DNA from: a virus
Virus record (IMG/VR): IMGVR_UViG_3300012920_000022
Coordinates: 71,756 to 135,755 of that record
Length of the DNA: 64,000 nucleotides
Reading direction: 5' to 3' (one strand)
How positions within the stretch are numbered: the stretch's first letter is position 1; every line of letters begins with the position of its first letter. Made by a program: the position numbers and the translations under genes. The notes under the pieces are model-generated. The model had not been told where the DNA came from and ran no database searches. It saw nothing but the letters and a program-made list of their open reading frames with translations. Below, piece after piece: positions 48,674-59,785 of this stretch.

Positions 48674-49672
48674 TATTTCTTCCATAACTTTTTTACCGTT
48701 GATAATATATTGATCCTTATTAAAAATACTTTCCCAATTGCTTATAAAAATTTCGGTTTCTAATAATTTTTGTTCATCTGAATCCGGATTTTGCCTCATA
48801 TTGGTTAACGCACCTTTTTTACCAGCGATCTTATTTCTCATCTTGCCCATATCTATCTCAGATATAATATGCCTTATATCATTCAATAAATTTTTATTAT
48901 TTTCACCCAATACTTGATTTTCAGATTTTAACTCATCATTTTTAGCCACTAATTTATCATAATTAAATTCAAGATCATTTAGCGATTTATTTACCATATC
49001 AAGTTCCTTACTTGAATTCTCTAATTCTTTTTTGATTATGCTATTATCAGATTCATTGGTTTTTAGCTGATTCTCATGAGATGCCAATGTATCCTTAATG
49101 TCATTTATACTGGATATGATATTGTCTGTAATATTGTCTGATGTTGCATCCACGCCCAGTAACTTAGATAATAAACCAACTAAATCATCATAATCATTAG
49201 TAATCTTAATGGCTTGATCTCTTTTAACATTATTGATCCTGAATTGTTCAGACAGGTGATAAAGACCTCTGGCAGTAAATATGGAAAAGAACACTACCAC
49301 ACCTATCAAACCATAATTTTCAGTTGTTATAAATTTAGGTATCAAATTCCCATAAAAAAATAGTGATATTATTAAATCGTAAAATAGGAATTCTCTATTT
49401 ATATTTATACCTTTTTTTCCATCAGCAGTATTATTAATTAATATGCTAGCAGTTATATTCATGGATGAGAAAGAAAAAAATAAAGCAGATATTATGCTTA
49501 TGCTTATATGGTATTTACTAAACATAAGTTCTGAGATCATCCAGCCCAACTTAAAATACATTTGGGCAAAATATATCATAACACTCAAAAGTGAAAATAG
49601 AGAATAATCCTCATGTTTCATAAATTCGCTTATCGGGGATACGAATTTATTCATTATAGTATTTTTGCTCAT
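48665..49672 (-). CDS. Membrane protein (about 4 TM) with C-terminal coiled coil
   Basis: Hydrophobic N-terminal segments, then heptad-rich K/E/N region. Confidence 0.7.
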   Translation of the reverse strand: MSKNTIMNKFVSPISEFMKHEDYSLFSLLSVMIYFAQMYFKLGWMISELMFSKYHISISIISALFFSFSSMNITASILINNTADGKKGININREFLFYDLIISLFFYGNLIPKFITTENYGLIGVVVFFSIFTARGLYHLSEQFRINNVKRDQAIKITNDYDDLVGLLSKLLGVDATSDNITDNIISSINDIKDTLASHENQLKTNESDNSIIKKELENSSKELDMVNKSLNDLEFNYDKLVAKNDELKSENQVLGENNKNLLNDIRHIISEIDMGKMRNKIAGKKGALTNMRQNPDSDEQKLLETEIFISNWESIFNKDQYIINGKKVMEEIGG

Positions 49673-49673
49673 C

Positions 49674-50489
49674 TTAAAAAATTTTATGTATATTCAATGA
49701 AATATCAAAATTTGTAATTATAAGTTCTGATGTTTTTCTCTCCCTATCATTTTTATGTAATGAATAATTCACATTAGTATCAAATATATTATATTCATCA
49801 TATAAATCTCTATAGAATTGATTATCAGGAACAGTTAATATAAACTTACCGGATATATTAGATATATTGTTTTTCAATGTAGTCTGATCATCTATATTAT
49901 CCATATTATGGATATAATATTTAGTACTAACGGTATTACTAGTAATATATGGTGGGTCTATGAAAAATAATACATGTTCATCATCATATTTTGATATAAT
50001 AACCTCATATGATTGATTTTCTATATATACGTCTTTAATTCCTTCATAGATGTCTTTGATGATATTTATTATGTGGTCTTTGCTAGTGGGTTTTCTAGTT
50101 TTTGAAGTACCAAAAGAATTGTAATTATCATTGCTAAATCTTCCCCTATATCCATATATAATTAAATACAAAAACCTATATGCTTTATCGATATTATTTT
50201 TGGGTTTTGATTTTCTGATATTATCATATAATAATCTGGAACATATATTCCATTCAAATTTATCCAACAATTCATCTAAATTGTTGGATATCACCGTAAA
50301 TAAATTTGTTATATCACCATTGATTTCATTCAAACATCTGGGATATTTGGTATTATTGATAGTATATACGCAACTTCCACCAAATAATTCTACCAAAAAT
50401 TTTGCATCAGAGTTTTTGGTAATATCGAGTAGCATGTTTAAAATCCTGGATTTAGAACCAAGATATGGAAAAGATTTTTTTAACCCCAT
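49674..50489 (-). CDS. Dam/D12-class DNA adenine methyltransferase
   Basis: PYLGSK, ELFGGS, NEIN, FIDPPY, ELIITNF. Confidence 0.92.
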   Translation of the reverse strand: MGLKKSFPYLGSKSRILNMLLDITKNSDAKFLVELFGGSCVYTINNTKYPRCLNEINGDITNLFTVISNNLDELLDKFEWNICSRLLYDNIRKSKPKNNIDKAYRFLYLIIYGYRGRFSNDNYNSFGTSKTRKPTSKDHIINIIKDIYEGIKDVYIENQSYEVIISKYDDEHVLFFIDPPYITSNTVSTKYYIHNMDNIDDQTTLKNNISNISGKFILTVPDNQFYRDLYDEYNIFDTNVNYSLHKNDRERKTSELIITNFDISLNIHKIF

Positions 50490-50704
50490 TATTCCTCCAA
50501 TTGTAGTGAATCTATCATGATTTCAGTATTGAATCCATCAGAATATACTTCTTCTGCGGTTTCACAATCTTTACCAAAATAAAGATAGCCCCAACCAGCC
50601 CAATCTAATGCAATAGGTAATATACCCTCATTCTTTAACGATTCCAATTTTTGGATAACAGTTTTGACTTTCTTTATTTGTCTTTTTGTGAGTTTTTTGC
50701 CCAT
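50489..50704 (-). CDS. Hypothetical protein
   Basis: 71-aa ORF, 1-nt overlap. Confidence 0.6.
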   Translation of the reverse strand: MGKKLTKRQIKKVKTVIQKLESLKNEGILPIALDWAGWGYLYFGKDCETAEEVYSDGFNTEIMIDSLQLEE

Positions 50705-50707
50705 GGT

Positions 50708-51031
50708 TTATATGTTAGAATAATTATCTAATGTAGACAAATTATCAATACAATCATACTCAGTGTGGACTAAGCTATTATTGGAATTGTATATTTCTGC
50801 ATTAACAATAATATCTTTGGTTATATTATTATTGTTAATGTATCCTCCAAGGTAGTTGCTTAGTATCACCAGATATCCATTATCAAATTCTTTTGCATAA
50901 ACCAGATCAGTTGTATCACTATCTCTATTAGATAGTTCATGTAATGTGTAACCAGCAGATGTGATTTTACCTATAATTTCATTAACGAAATCAGTGTTAT
51001 CATTATCAAACTTTTTAATATCAAACTCCAT
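50708..51031 (-). CDS. Hypothetical protein
   Basis: 107-aa ORF. Confidence 0.6.
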   Translation of the reverse strand: MEFDIKKFDNDNTDFVNEIIGKITSAGYTLHELSNRDSDTTDLVYAKEFDNGYLVILSNYLGGYINNNNITKDIIVNAEIYNSNNSLVHTEYDCIDNLSTLDNYSNI

Positions 51032-51045
51032 AATATGAAAGTGTT

Positions 51046-51573
51046 TTAATAAACAATAATTTTATTAGCCAAATGATCAGTAACCTTATCCGGATTATCC
51101 ATCATTGTCCTGCAGTATTTTCTTAAATCATTGGAATATTTCGTAAATTTAAAATCTTTAACAGCAGTAGTGAATTTGGATGTAAATTTACTATAGCTAT
51201 TGGCTAATTCTGTAAATCTGTCATATGATTCACTATAATAAGATTCATATAACTGTGATATCCTTAATATTATTTTTGATATCCTTGCGTTATCATTATT
51301 TAATATCATTCTAGACATATTATTATCCATATAATCACTATTTATAATATATGAATAGTGAGATATGTGGTCGTCAAGTCCTAGTAATGATTTAACATCT
51401 AATTTATTACCATATAATGATATATACATCATTATTTCATCATTATAGACATCAAAATGGTCTAACAACAATTTTGAATATTCATATATTACATTATATG
51501 AATTTATTTCATCTGGTGATAATCCTTCCAGTACTTTGTTTTTTATTTCTTCGTGATTTATTAATATATCCAT
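51046..51573 (-). CDS. Hypothetical protein
   Basis: 175-aa ORF. Confidence 0.65.
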   Translation of the reverse strand: MDILINHEEIKNKVLEGLSPDEINSYNVIYEYSKLLLDHFDVYNDEIMMYISLYGNKLDVKSLLGLDDHISHYSYIINSDYMDNNMSRMILNNDNARISKIILRISQLYESYYSESYDRFTELANSYSKFTSKFTTAVKDFKFTKYSNDLRKYCRTMMDNPDKVTDHLANKIIVY

Positions 51574-54500
51574 TCTATATTAGATAAGTTATTAGATTTT
51601 TTCACACTTATAACATGATCAGCATCTATATCATGAGAATGCTCAACTATAAAAATAGTATTTATACCATTACTAATATGTTTTAGTATTTTTTTGAATT
51701 CTTCAACACTATTTTTACTTAATTTACCAAGTATTTCGTCAATAAGTAATATATTACAGTTAAAATTAGAATTATACTTTCTTATCAAAAATCTTAATAT
51801 CAATGATATTAAAGTTCTTTCTTTACCAGATCCATCCAATACAGAATAATGACCATCTGGGTTGTTTATATTATACATAAACAATGACATGTCATCAAAA
51901 AATATGTTGAATTCTTGATCACTCAATATATGATCAAATTCAATTTGCATATTTTTAAGTATATCAGTTATTATTATATAAGGAATACCATCTCTACCCA
52001 TCATTTCCATATAGTAATTGAATATAGATATTTCCCATCTTTGTATCAAATATTTTTCTAATGTTTGGTTTGCTTCACTTATATCATGTGTTATTTTACC
52101 ATATTCTATATTACTATCTGAAAGCTTACCATTCAGTTCATTGATAGTATTATCAAGTATTGATATCTCATTATTGATATCAATTAATTTAGATGCTTGT
52201 GCTAAATTAATTGATATGTTTTCCTTCACTAAATGCACTTTGGATATTTTTTCTTTAATATCATCTAATTTATTAGATATTTCTTTAATATCATCATCAA
52301 TTAATTTAATATCATCATCAATATTTTTCTTTAGATTCAGATTTTCGCTATTTATATTTTCTATATTTTCTTTATGGGCAACAATAGAAATTTCCAAATT
52401 AGTTTTCTCAGTATCGATATTGGATAATTTATTATTTACATTAATTTGATCATTGGTTAATGATGACAAATCTTTTTGTATATCAGATATGTCTATTAAT
52501 TTGGAATTTAATTTGTTTAATTTAGTCTCTAGTTTCTTTATTAATCCAACATATTCATTATTAGTAGATTCAATAGATTTTGTCAATGCTGATATTTTTA
52601 ATTCAATTTCATCTATATCACATCTAGTAGAATTAATGGATGAATTATTGTCATCAATTTCTTTATTAGATGACAATATCATCTTATCATCCACCACATC
52701 TCCACCACAAGTTGGACATATGTTATTATCAATAGATTCACGATCATCTTGTAATCTATCTTTTATATCCAAATAACCATTTAGCTTTTGATTAAGTGTA
52801 GATTTGTTTATATTGAGGTTATTTAGATGTAATTCATGTTGCTGATTTTGTTTATTAAATTTATCGTTAGTAGATTCAATCTCAGCTCTGATTTCTGATA
52901 TACTATTATCTATACTATTATTGGTATCATTAATATTATTAAATTTTTGGTTTATATCAACAAGCTTGTTATTAATGATAGCCAATTTATCGTTTAACGA
53001 TTTTTTTCTGCTATTAAGTAATTCAAGTTTATTTTCACACAATTTAATATTTTTATTGATATCCAATATTTTAGTTTTGTTGGTAGATATTATTTTATCT
53101 ATATTTTTATTAAGTATGTGATGTTTTTTTATTTGAAGTTCTTTAAGCTTACCATTGAGTTCTTTAAGCTTACCATTGAGTTTGGTTTGGATATTATCAA
53201 TTGCATCCATAGTATCCAAGTTTTTGGGTAATTCTTTTATAGATAAATAGGTATCATTTTTTTCTAATTCTAGATTTGATTTATTGGTTTTATTGGTTTC
53301 TATGGATTTTTCTAAAAAAGTTATATCATCAATGATCTTAGCTTTTTTAGATGACAATTCACTTATTTTTTCCCTATGCTTAGATTCATCTATTTTTATT
53401 AAACCATTATCGCTGATATATTGATTTTTCAATTTTTTAGCTTCGCTATGTTTTCTTTCAAATATGTGTAATCCAAAGTCAGATATTAATCTATCTTTGA
53501 ATATTCTATTATCCATAGATAAGACATGATTTAAATTATCAGAATTTATAAAACAAGAATTCATAAATTCTGATAGATCTCCAAAATATTTGATCATGTC
53601 ATCCTGATTTTCACTACACTTGGTACTTATAGATTTTATCTCATTATTTTTATTCCTTTTTATAGTCGTTTCCCTGGATATGATTATTTCATCATTATTA
53701 ATAATAAATGTGCCTTTGACATAACATTTATCTGATTCAGTATTATTATTGATAAATTTTAAATCCTGATGTTTTACTTTTTTAGATAAGTATGTCTTAC
53801 CATATAACAAATAAGTAATTGCATTATATATGTTACTTTTACCAGATTGGTTCTCACCATCTATTTTTATAATACCATCCTTAAAATCGATTGTTATTTC
53901 ACGATCTGGATAACTCCTAAAATTGAAAATAGTAATGCTTAATATGTTCCAATCAATATATTCATTATTATCAGTAACCAGAGTGCTAATTTCGTGATCC
54001 ATGTTTTTTATAGCAGCTGTCATTTTATCTGATAAATTCATGTCAGATAAGTATTTATTAACATGTAATTCAGTGTCAATTAGACTATACTTATCAAATT
54101 TATCAACAGATTCTGAAAAATATGGCTTTATAACTAAATCTTTGATATTTTTAAATCTATCATTGAACTCAAATATTATTTGATTTTTTATAGATTTAAA
54201 TAAATCGTGATTTTTTATATGTAATTTTACCTTAATTCTATATAAAAAATCGCTATCTAAACTAATTCCGTTAATTTGTTCAATAAAGTTATTCTCAAAC
54301 ATATTATATTGAACAAACCTTATTTCATGATCTATTGGTATTTGTTCAATGATATTTTTGGGTAAATCCCATAATAACACTCCGTGGAATGAATCAATTT
54401 CACCAAAATTCTGACATATAGGACTAGAACTATATGCAGCAAATAGTTTGCTTGATTTATCAAATGTTTGAAATTTATGTATATCACCCATTAACAAAAA

Positions 54501-55055
54501 ATCTAAATCACAAAAGTCTTCTATGGATCTGAATTTTTTATTATTAAATACATCATGATTACCACCAAATGGATGACATTCTCTTATAGGATCATGGAAT
54601 AATCCAATGTATGTATATTCATTGGATTTTAACGGTATATCAACTAATTTTTTATCTGGATGATGATAAACTACCCAGGCTATATTATCATCATGGTATA
54701 TGCCAGTCTTATTATAATAAATTATATTATCACCAACAGCTTTCTTTATTGATGATACAACAGTTTCAACAGAGTCTACTCTATTTGAAGATGATAGATT
54801 TATATCGTGATTCCCAACTGTTATTATAATTTTAGATATTTTAGACAGATTGAAAAGGAATTCAGAAGCCATAACAATAGCCTCATTAGATATATTGGTA
54901 TAATTATGAAAAAGGTCACCAACAATACATATCCTATCGGGTAATGTAGTTTTGGCAACCGATATGATATGATTCAGTGAATTCCTATATTGTTGATGGT
55001 ATTCAGGAGAATTTTTTATATGTATATCAGCAATATGTAATATTTTATTGATCAT
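51561..55055 (-). CDS. Fused Mre11-Rad50 (SbcD-SbcC; gp47-gp46) nuclease-ATPase
   Basis: ADIH, VGDLFH, GNHD, GDIH; Walker A GENQSGKS; hook CPTC; signature GSGKE; Walker B LLIDE. Confidence 0.92.
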   Translation of the reverse strand: MINKILHIADIHIKNSPEYHQQYRNSLNHIISVAKTTLPDRICIVGDLFHNYTNISNEAIVMASEFLFNLSKISKIIITVGNHDINLSSSNRVDSVETVVSSIKKAVGDNIIYYNKTGIYHDDNIAWVVYHHPDKKLVDIPLKSNEYTYIGLFHDPIRECHPFGGNHDVFNNKKFRSIEDFCDLDFLLMGDIHKFQTFDKSSKLFAAYSSSPICQNFGEIDSFHGVLLWDLPKNIIEQIPIDHEIRFVQYNMFENNFIEQINGISLDSDFLYRIKVKLHIKNHDLFKSIKNQIIFEFNDRFKNIKDLVIKPYFSESVDKFDKYSLIDTELHVNKYLSDMNLSDKMTAAIKNMDHEISTLVTDNNEYIDWNILSITIFNFRSYPDREITIDFKDGIIKIDGENQSGKSNIYNAITYLLYGKTYLSKKVKHQDLKFINNNTESDKCYVKGTFIINNDEIIISRETTIKRNKNNEIKSISTKCSENQDDMIKYFGDLSEFMNSCFINSDNLNHVLSMDNRIFKDRLISDFGLHIFERKHSEAKKLKNQYISDNGLIKIDESKHREKISELSSKKAKIIDDITFLEKSIETNKTNKSNLELEKNDTYLSIKELPKNLDTMDAIDNIQTKLNGKLKELNGKLKELQIKKHHILNKNIDKIISTNKTKILDINKNIKLCENKLELLNSRKKSLNDKLAIINNKLVDINQKFNNINDTNNSIDNSISEIRAEIESTNDKFNKQNQQHELHLNNLNINKSTLNQKLNGYLDIKDRLQDDRESIDNNICPTCGGDVVDDKMILSSNKEIDDNNSSINSTRCDIDEIELKISALTKSIESTNNEYVGLIKKLETKLNKLNSKLIDISDIQKDLSSLTNDQINVNNKLSNIDTEKTNLEISIVAHKENIENINSENLNLKKNIDDDIKLIDDDIKEISNKLDDIKEKISKVHLVKENISINLAQASKLIDINNEISILDNTINELNGKLSDSNIEYGKITHDISEANQTLEKYLIQRWEISIFNYYMEMMGRDGIPYIIITDILKNMQIEFDHILSDQEFNIFFDDMSLFMYNINNPDGHYSVLDGSGKERTLISLILRFLIRKYNSNFNCNILLIDEILGKLSKNSVEEFKKILKHISNGINTIFIVEHSHDIDADHVISVKKSNNLSNIEWIY

Positions 55056-55062
55056 GATTGTA

Positions 55063-55620
55063 TTATTTCTTTAATATTCTAGTTCTACCTCTACCCAACG
55101 ATGGTATGTCATATATTATATCATAGTTATCGATATTATTATTGACAATATTAATAACTCTAATATTACATAAATTTACTATGGTATCTGGTAATTTATT
55201 GATATGGTTATTATGTAGATTTAACCATCTCAATGATACTAGATCCCCAATTGAATCTGGTAAACTAGTCAATAGATTATTGCTTAAATCCAACAAAACT
55301 AGATTTTTCAATTTACCAATTGAATCTGGTAAACTAGTCAATGAACTACCAATTAATCTAAGTGATTTTAAATTTGATAATTGATGTATCGAATCAGGTA
55401 TGGTGCCAACAGGTTTATTATAAACATATATATCTTTTTCACCATCCAATAAGGTGGGTAAAAACTGTATACACATCTCATGATGCATCTTTAATTTAGA
55501 TATAACATTATTGGGTATATTATTTATACCCATGCCCAGGGTTAATTGAAATGCCAGTTCTATGTTTTCATATAAACCGGAATCTAACAAATTACCAATT
55601 TTATTTAAATTCTCTTTCAA
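55063..55620 (-). CDS. LRR protein (LRR-10)
   Basis: N-cap LLDSGLYENIELAF; LTSLPDSIG repeats. Confidence 0.9.
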   Translation of the reverse strand: MKENLNKIGNLLDSGLYENIELAFQLTLGMGINNIPNNVISKLKMHHEMCIQFLPTLLDGEKDIYVYNKPVGTIPDSIHQLSNLKSLRLIGSSLTSLPDSIGKLKNLVLLDLSNNLLTSLPDSIGDLVSLRWLNLHNNHINKLPDTIVNLCNIRVINIVNNNIDNYDIIYDIPSLGRGRTRILKK

Positions 55621-55864
55621 TTATTTCAATTATATTTTCAGGTAATTGTATTTCTTGTAATAGTAATTGGTCATAATATGGTTTACCTAATATATTTAAC
55701 ATGCATATTATATTAGCCATATGCAAGTCATCCGTTGATATTATTGTATGACCAAATAAATTATATTCTTTTTCATTCATAACTTTCAAGTATTCTTTAT
55801 AAAATGGATTCTTTTTGCGTTCTGTGGATATTGATGAACCAAGCTTTATACATGGTCTAGACAT
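55601..55864 (-). CDS. Hypothetical protein
   Basis: 87-aa ORF. Confidence 0.6.
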   Translation of the reverse strand: MSRPCIKLGSSISTERKKNPFYKEYLKVMNEKEYNLFGHTIISTDDLHMANIICMLNILGKPYYDQLLLQEIQLPENIIEIIEREFK

Positions 55865-55865
55865 T

Positions 55866-56414
55866 TTAAAATACTTTATATCTATCCGAAAATATTTTAG
55901 TAATATCTTCCAATTCTTCAGCGAGTAATGTTTGATTAGTAGGTGATAGACTATTGTAGACTATTTTGGGGTCTAACATAAAATGGTCTACAAATATGCT
56001 AAAGTATGGTAAAATAGATTTATTGATAGGATTTAATTCTAGTATGGTAAGCCTAACAGATTCATAAATAAATCTTATTTGATCATACTTTAATTTATTA
56101 GAATTATCTATGATCAAACTAGATTTATCTACCAAACACTTTATATTTTCGTTATATTTTATTAATACATATTCAGATACAAATAGTACTTCACATACAA
56201 CACCAGTATTTATATACATAACTTCATCACCAGGATTCAACGATTCTATATTAGTATCCAAAAAATTGTATTCTGGATTATTTATATAAAATAATCCTAG
56301 TGAAGATATGAATGCATCATACAGATCAGTTCTCTCTATATGGAATTCGGGATTTAATAAATTATCAAGACCCTCTGCATATTCATTGTTGAGTATTATT
56401 TTGTTATTAACCAT
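55866..56414 (-). CDS. Hypothetical protein
   Basis: 182-aa ORF. Confidence 0.65.
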   Translation of the reverse strand: MVNNKIILNNEYAEGLDNLLNPEFHIERTDLYDAFISSLGLFYINNPEYNFLDTNIESLNPGDEVMYINTGVVCEVLFVSEYVLIKYNENIKCLVDKSSLIIDNSNKLKYDQIRFIYESVRLTILELNPINKSILPYFSIFVDHFMLDPKIVYNSLSPTNQTLLAEELEDITKIFSDRYKVF

Positions 56415-56453
56415 ATAACTATTATATATTAACTATATATGATAGTTACATTA

Positions 56454-57923
56454 TTATAATCCCTCAAAATCAAACCCAGCATTATCATTATTGATGTCTA
56501 TTTTAGTATCATTATTGATGTTGGCATCTGTCCCATAATGATATGGAACTTCATCTATTGGATTAAAATGTTTACCAGTGGATGAAATTCTCATTCTGCT
56601 ATAGTCAACATCCATTATGGTTTTGTAATTTTTATATCCCCCACCATTTCTAGATTTTAATAATTTATAGAGATATATGTTATTTTCCTTCATGTTAGGG
56701 GTTTGCATCATACCTATAATATTATCAGTTTTAAATGCTATTCCTTTAGACTCTCCAGAATCGGCTAACGTAATATCATCTTCATCTATAGATCCCACTG
56801 GTATTTGGTGAGCAGATACCATAGCCCAATCATTTTGAACACCCACATCAAAAAAATCTCTACTATTTAATCTATGATACATGTAACTATTTTGTGGTGG
56901 CACACCATATGAATTATCCAATTCGGTAAAGTAATCTAAAATTATGATATCCCATTTTATATCCAATTTCTCTTCAAGCTGTCTAGCATATGCAGCTATA
57001 TCAAGTATGTTGGCTCTAGAAAACCTTTTCATTTTAAAATGACCCACATCTTTGTCATTATTAGACTTCATATCATTTAACCACTTATCAATGATATTTT
57101 TCATGAAATCATGATTCAATGATATTTCATCGTATTGATCCATGGATATATCAAACAAATTAGATCCACCTCGTTTAGCTATTCTATGGGTAGCCATTTC
57201 TAAACTAGGAAAAAATACATTATAACCCAATGATGATGCATTAATGGCTAGATTTATCAGTTTTATAGATTTACCAACATTAGTACCAGCATAAAACATA
57301 GTAGATGTACCTTTTTCAAATCCACCACCCAACCATTTATCTATAATAGGATATCCAGAGGGTATTAAATCATCAACAGGAGGCTGTGCATGTGTAGATG
57401 CATCATAGAAATCAACTGCATCACCATCATTTAAATCAACGCTAGATCTGGTATTTATAAGTGTTTTACACTTATTGATAACATCCCCCACATTACTAGT
57501 GGTTATGTCAGTTAATTTTTGATATTTAATTGCATCTGATAATCCAGTTATGAAATTCTTCCATTTTATCCAGGCTTCGGTTTTATCCTTAATAAAATTT
57601 TGGTCATATGATTTATAATCTTTTTCTATGATATACTTTAATGAATCTTTAAAGTTTGATATTTTTTCATCATCAGATAAATCTTGTGATATATGTACTA
57701 TAACTTTTTCCCTATTGAAATTTAAATATTCTAATGTATTTTCAATATCCATATCAATCATCCTGATAATGGGTGATCTATATGTTTCATAAAATGATTT
57801 GGATAATGAAAAAAATGCTTTTAGATAATCATTGGTAAAAAAATGGGGTTCAGAATGTTGAAATAGAATGGGGTTTTCTATAATGTATAATGCTGCAAAT
57901 CTTTCAAATCCGGCTATGTCCAT
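56454..57923 (-). CDS. gp41: Replicative DnaB-family helicase (T4 gp41-like)
   Basis: PSGY..ID..LGGG, AGTNVGKS, SLEM, IILDY, SAHQ, LKSR. Confidence 0.9.
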   Translation of the reverse strand: MDIAGFERFAALYIIENPILFQHSEPHFFTNDYLKAFFSLSKSFYETYRSPIIRMIDMDIENTLEYLNFNREKVIVHISQDLSDDEKISNFKDSLKYIIEKDYKSYDQNFIKDKTEAWIKWKNFITGLSDAIKYQKLTDITTSNVGDVINKCKTLINTRSSVDLNDGDAVDFYDASTHAQPPVDDLIPSGYPIIDKWLGGGFEKGTSTMFYAGTNVGKSIKLINLAINASSLGYNVFFPSLEMATHRIAKRGGSNLFDISMDQYDEISLNHDFMKNIIDKWLNDMKSNNDKDVGHFKMKRFSRANILDIAAYARQLEEKLDIKWDIIILDYFTELDNSYGVPPQNSYMYHRLNSRDFFDVGVQNDWAMVSAHQIPVGSIDEDDITLADSGESKGIAFKTDNIIGMMQTPNMKENNIYLYKLLKSRNGGGYKNYKTIMDVDYSRMRISSTGKHFNPIDEVPYHYGTDANINNDTKIDINNDNAGFDFEGL

Positions 57924-58174
57924 TATATATGTTGTTTAATATTGTCTGATGACATCAATAATAGCTCATCATATGAATATAATCCTCCCGATGATATATT
58001 TTTCAATATAGATGAATTTATAGTGCACTGATTATCAATTTCTTGGAGCACCTGATAACCATAATTATTATCATCTTTACTGATTGTGAAAACACAATCA
58101 GTCAATAAATTATTGACTTTTATTGATGATTTGGAGTCTATTTTTTCCACAAATAACTTTATATGTTTTCCCAT
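57923..58174 (-). CDS. Small hypothetical protein between UvsX and helicase
   Basis: 83-aa ORF at the position occupied by gp40 in T4; no sequence support for that identity. Confidence 0.55.
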   Translation of the reverse strand: MGKHIKLFVEKIDSKSSIKVNNLLTDCVFTISKDDNNYGYQVLQEIDNQCTINSSILKNISSGGLYSYDELLLMSSDNIKQHI

Positions 58175-59517
58175 ATTTCATTTTCTTCAAAATAATCAGA
58201 TTCATTAAACATAAACATATTCTTGATAACATTATCATCAAGTTCTTGTAATACCTTTTGGGTAAATACTTTCTCATTAAACATGGCTTCAAATGTAAAA
58301 GATTGGTCTAGGTGTTTGGCAACCCAAACATTTGAGTTGGGATTTGGTACGGCTATTTTTTCAGTTGGTTTATTTGGAATGGCATTGGTGACTCTATCAT
58401 CAATTATTTTTTTATTGAATGACCAACTACCATCATCAAGTTCATTCATATATCCTTTATCTTTCATCCATTCCATAGATGATTTTAATGATTTCTTTTT
58501 ATTATTAGCAACTATACTCAATAAGTCTTCATATGTTATTGATATTCCATCAAGCACATTATTGATGTTAAATGATTTTTTATCATTTAAATATATTTCA
58601 TATAAAGGATCTACCAGATCCTTTATTGATCCTTTATCAATACCGCAGTTATCCCAGCTAACATAATCATGGAGTCCTATGTATGGGTTCATACCTTTTA
58701 TATAGGATATATAGAAGCTTGTATCAACTGGTTTAGAATATCTACCTTCATATAGTAAGGATTTAACCTCTATACCTTTCCTAACATAAGATCCATTGGA
58801 GTATTCTTTATCTTGTTTTTTCTTCAATATAGTTACTATTGATGCCATATATATGGCTTTTCTACCACCACTGGGTATTGTAGTGGTATTACCAAACATA
58901 TCAGATTTATCATACGTGTGTGCAGTAAATATTATCGGTATTCCAGCCTTACCAGCCATGGGAACCATTGCTTTCATAAGGGCACCCATCTCTTTAGCTT
59001 CGGTACCCATATCAGTTTTAACCTTACCTTTATCAGTATCACTAAATACTTTTTGGGACGATAATCCACTAATAGAATCTATGGCTATTATAACCTTGGG
59101 TCTATCCTCTTTTTTAGAATTTTTTATGTCCTTGAGAAATGGTAATATCATAGCTTGAACTTCACTAATGGAATCCGGTTGGCTAATTCTCATATTATCA
59201 AAATCTATATTCTGATTTTCCAACCTTGATTTATCAGGACTGCCCTCAGTTTCAATCAACCAAACAAAATATCCCATTTTTTGGGCTTCTCTGCACATAT
59301 TCAGTAACAAATAACTTTTGCCAGTTTTAGGATCACCAGCAATACACATAGCTTTTGGTATGGGAAATCCCCTAAGTAAACTCCCAGAAATATGTGCATT
59401 AAATAAATAGTTACCAGTATGTATGTGATCTGATATTTCTATATCTTCATAATTTGATAAAAGTTCACCAGTTTTATCAAATTTTGATATTAAATCATTT
59501 ATATTAGAATATGACAT
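58159..59517 (-). CDS. uvsX: UvsX/RecA-like recombinase
   Basis: IHTGNYLFNAHISG, GDPKTGKS, IETE, IAIDSI, SGGRKAIYMAS. Confidence 0.9.
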   Translation of the reverse strand: MSYSNINDLISKFDKTGELLSNYEDIEISDHIHTGNYLFNAHISGSLLRGFPIPKAMCIAGDPKTGKSYLLLNMCREAQKMGYFVWLIETEGSPDKSRLENQNIDFDNMRISQPDSISEVQAMILPFLKDIKNSKKEDRPKVIIAIDSISGLSSQKVFSDTDKGKVKTDMGTEAKEMGALMKAMVPMAGKAGIPIIFTAHTYDKSDMFGNTTTIPSGGRKAIYMASIVTILKKKQDKEYSNGSYVRKGIEVKSLLYEGRYSKPVDTSFYISYIKGMNPYIGLHDYVSWDNCGIDKGSIKDLVDPLYEIYLNDKKSFNINNVLDGISITYEDLLSIVANNKKKSLKSSMEWMKDKGYMNELDDGSWSFNKKIIDDRVTNAIPNKPTEKIAVPNPNSNVWVAKHLDQSFTFEAMFNEKVFTQKVLQELDDNVIKNMFMFNESDYFEENEIWENI

Positions 59518-59520
59518 AGT

Positions 59521-59784
59521 TTATGATTTATAATACTTATTAGTTAATTTGTTATTATTATTGGGGAGACCATCTTTTACGGTAACTATGGTAATGGGGA
59601 TATTTTTTTCATTAATATATGATTCCAATGAATCCAAGTCTCGTTTCCTCATATGGTATATTTGAGCATACATCCTGTTATTATCAAAATATATAACAGG
59701 ATTTTGGTAATTTTTTTTAGCAAAACTTGGATGATTACGTATTTCCTCCATATAGGTAACCATTTTCTGATACATCTCCTCCAT
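59521..59784 (-). CDS. Hypothetical protein
   Basis: ORF between polymerase C-subunit and UvsX; internal ATG preferred to avoid overlap. Confidence 0.55.
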   Translation of the reverse strand: MEEMYQKMVTYMEEIRNHPSFAKKNYQNPVIYFDNNRMYAQIYHMRKRDLDSLESYINEKNIPITIVTVKDGLPNNNNKLTNKYYKS

Positions 59785-59785
59785 A

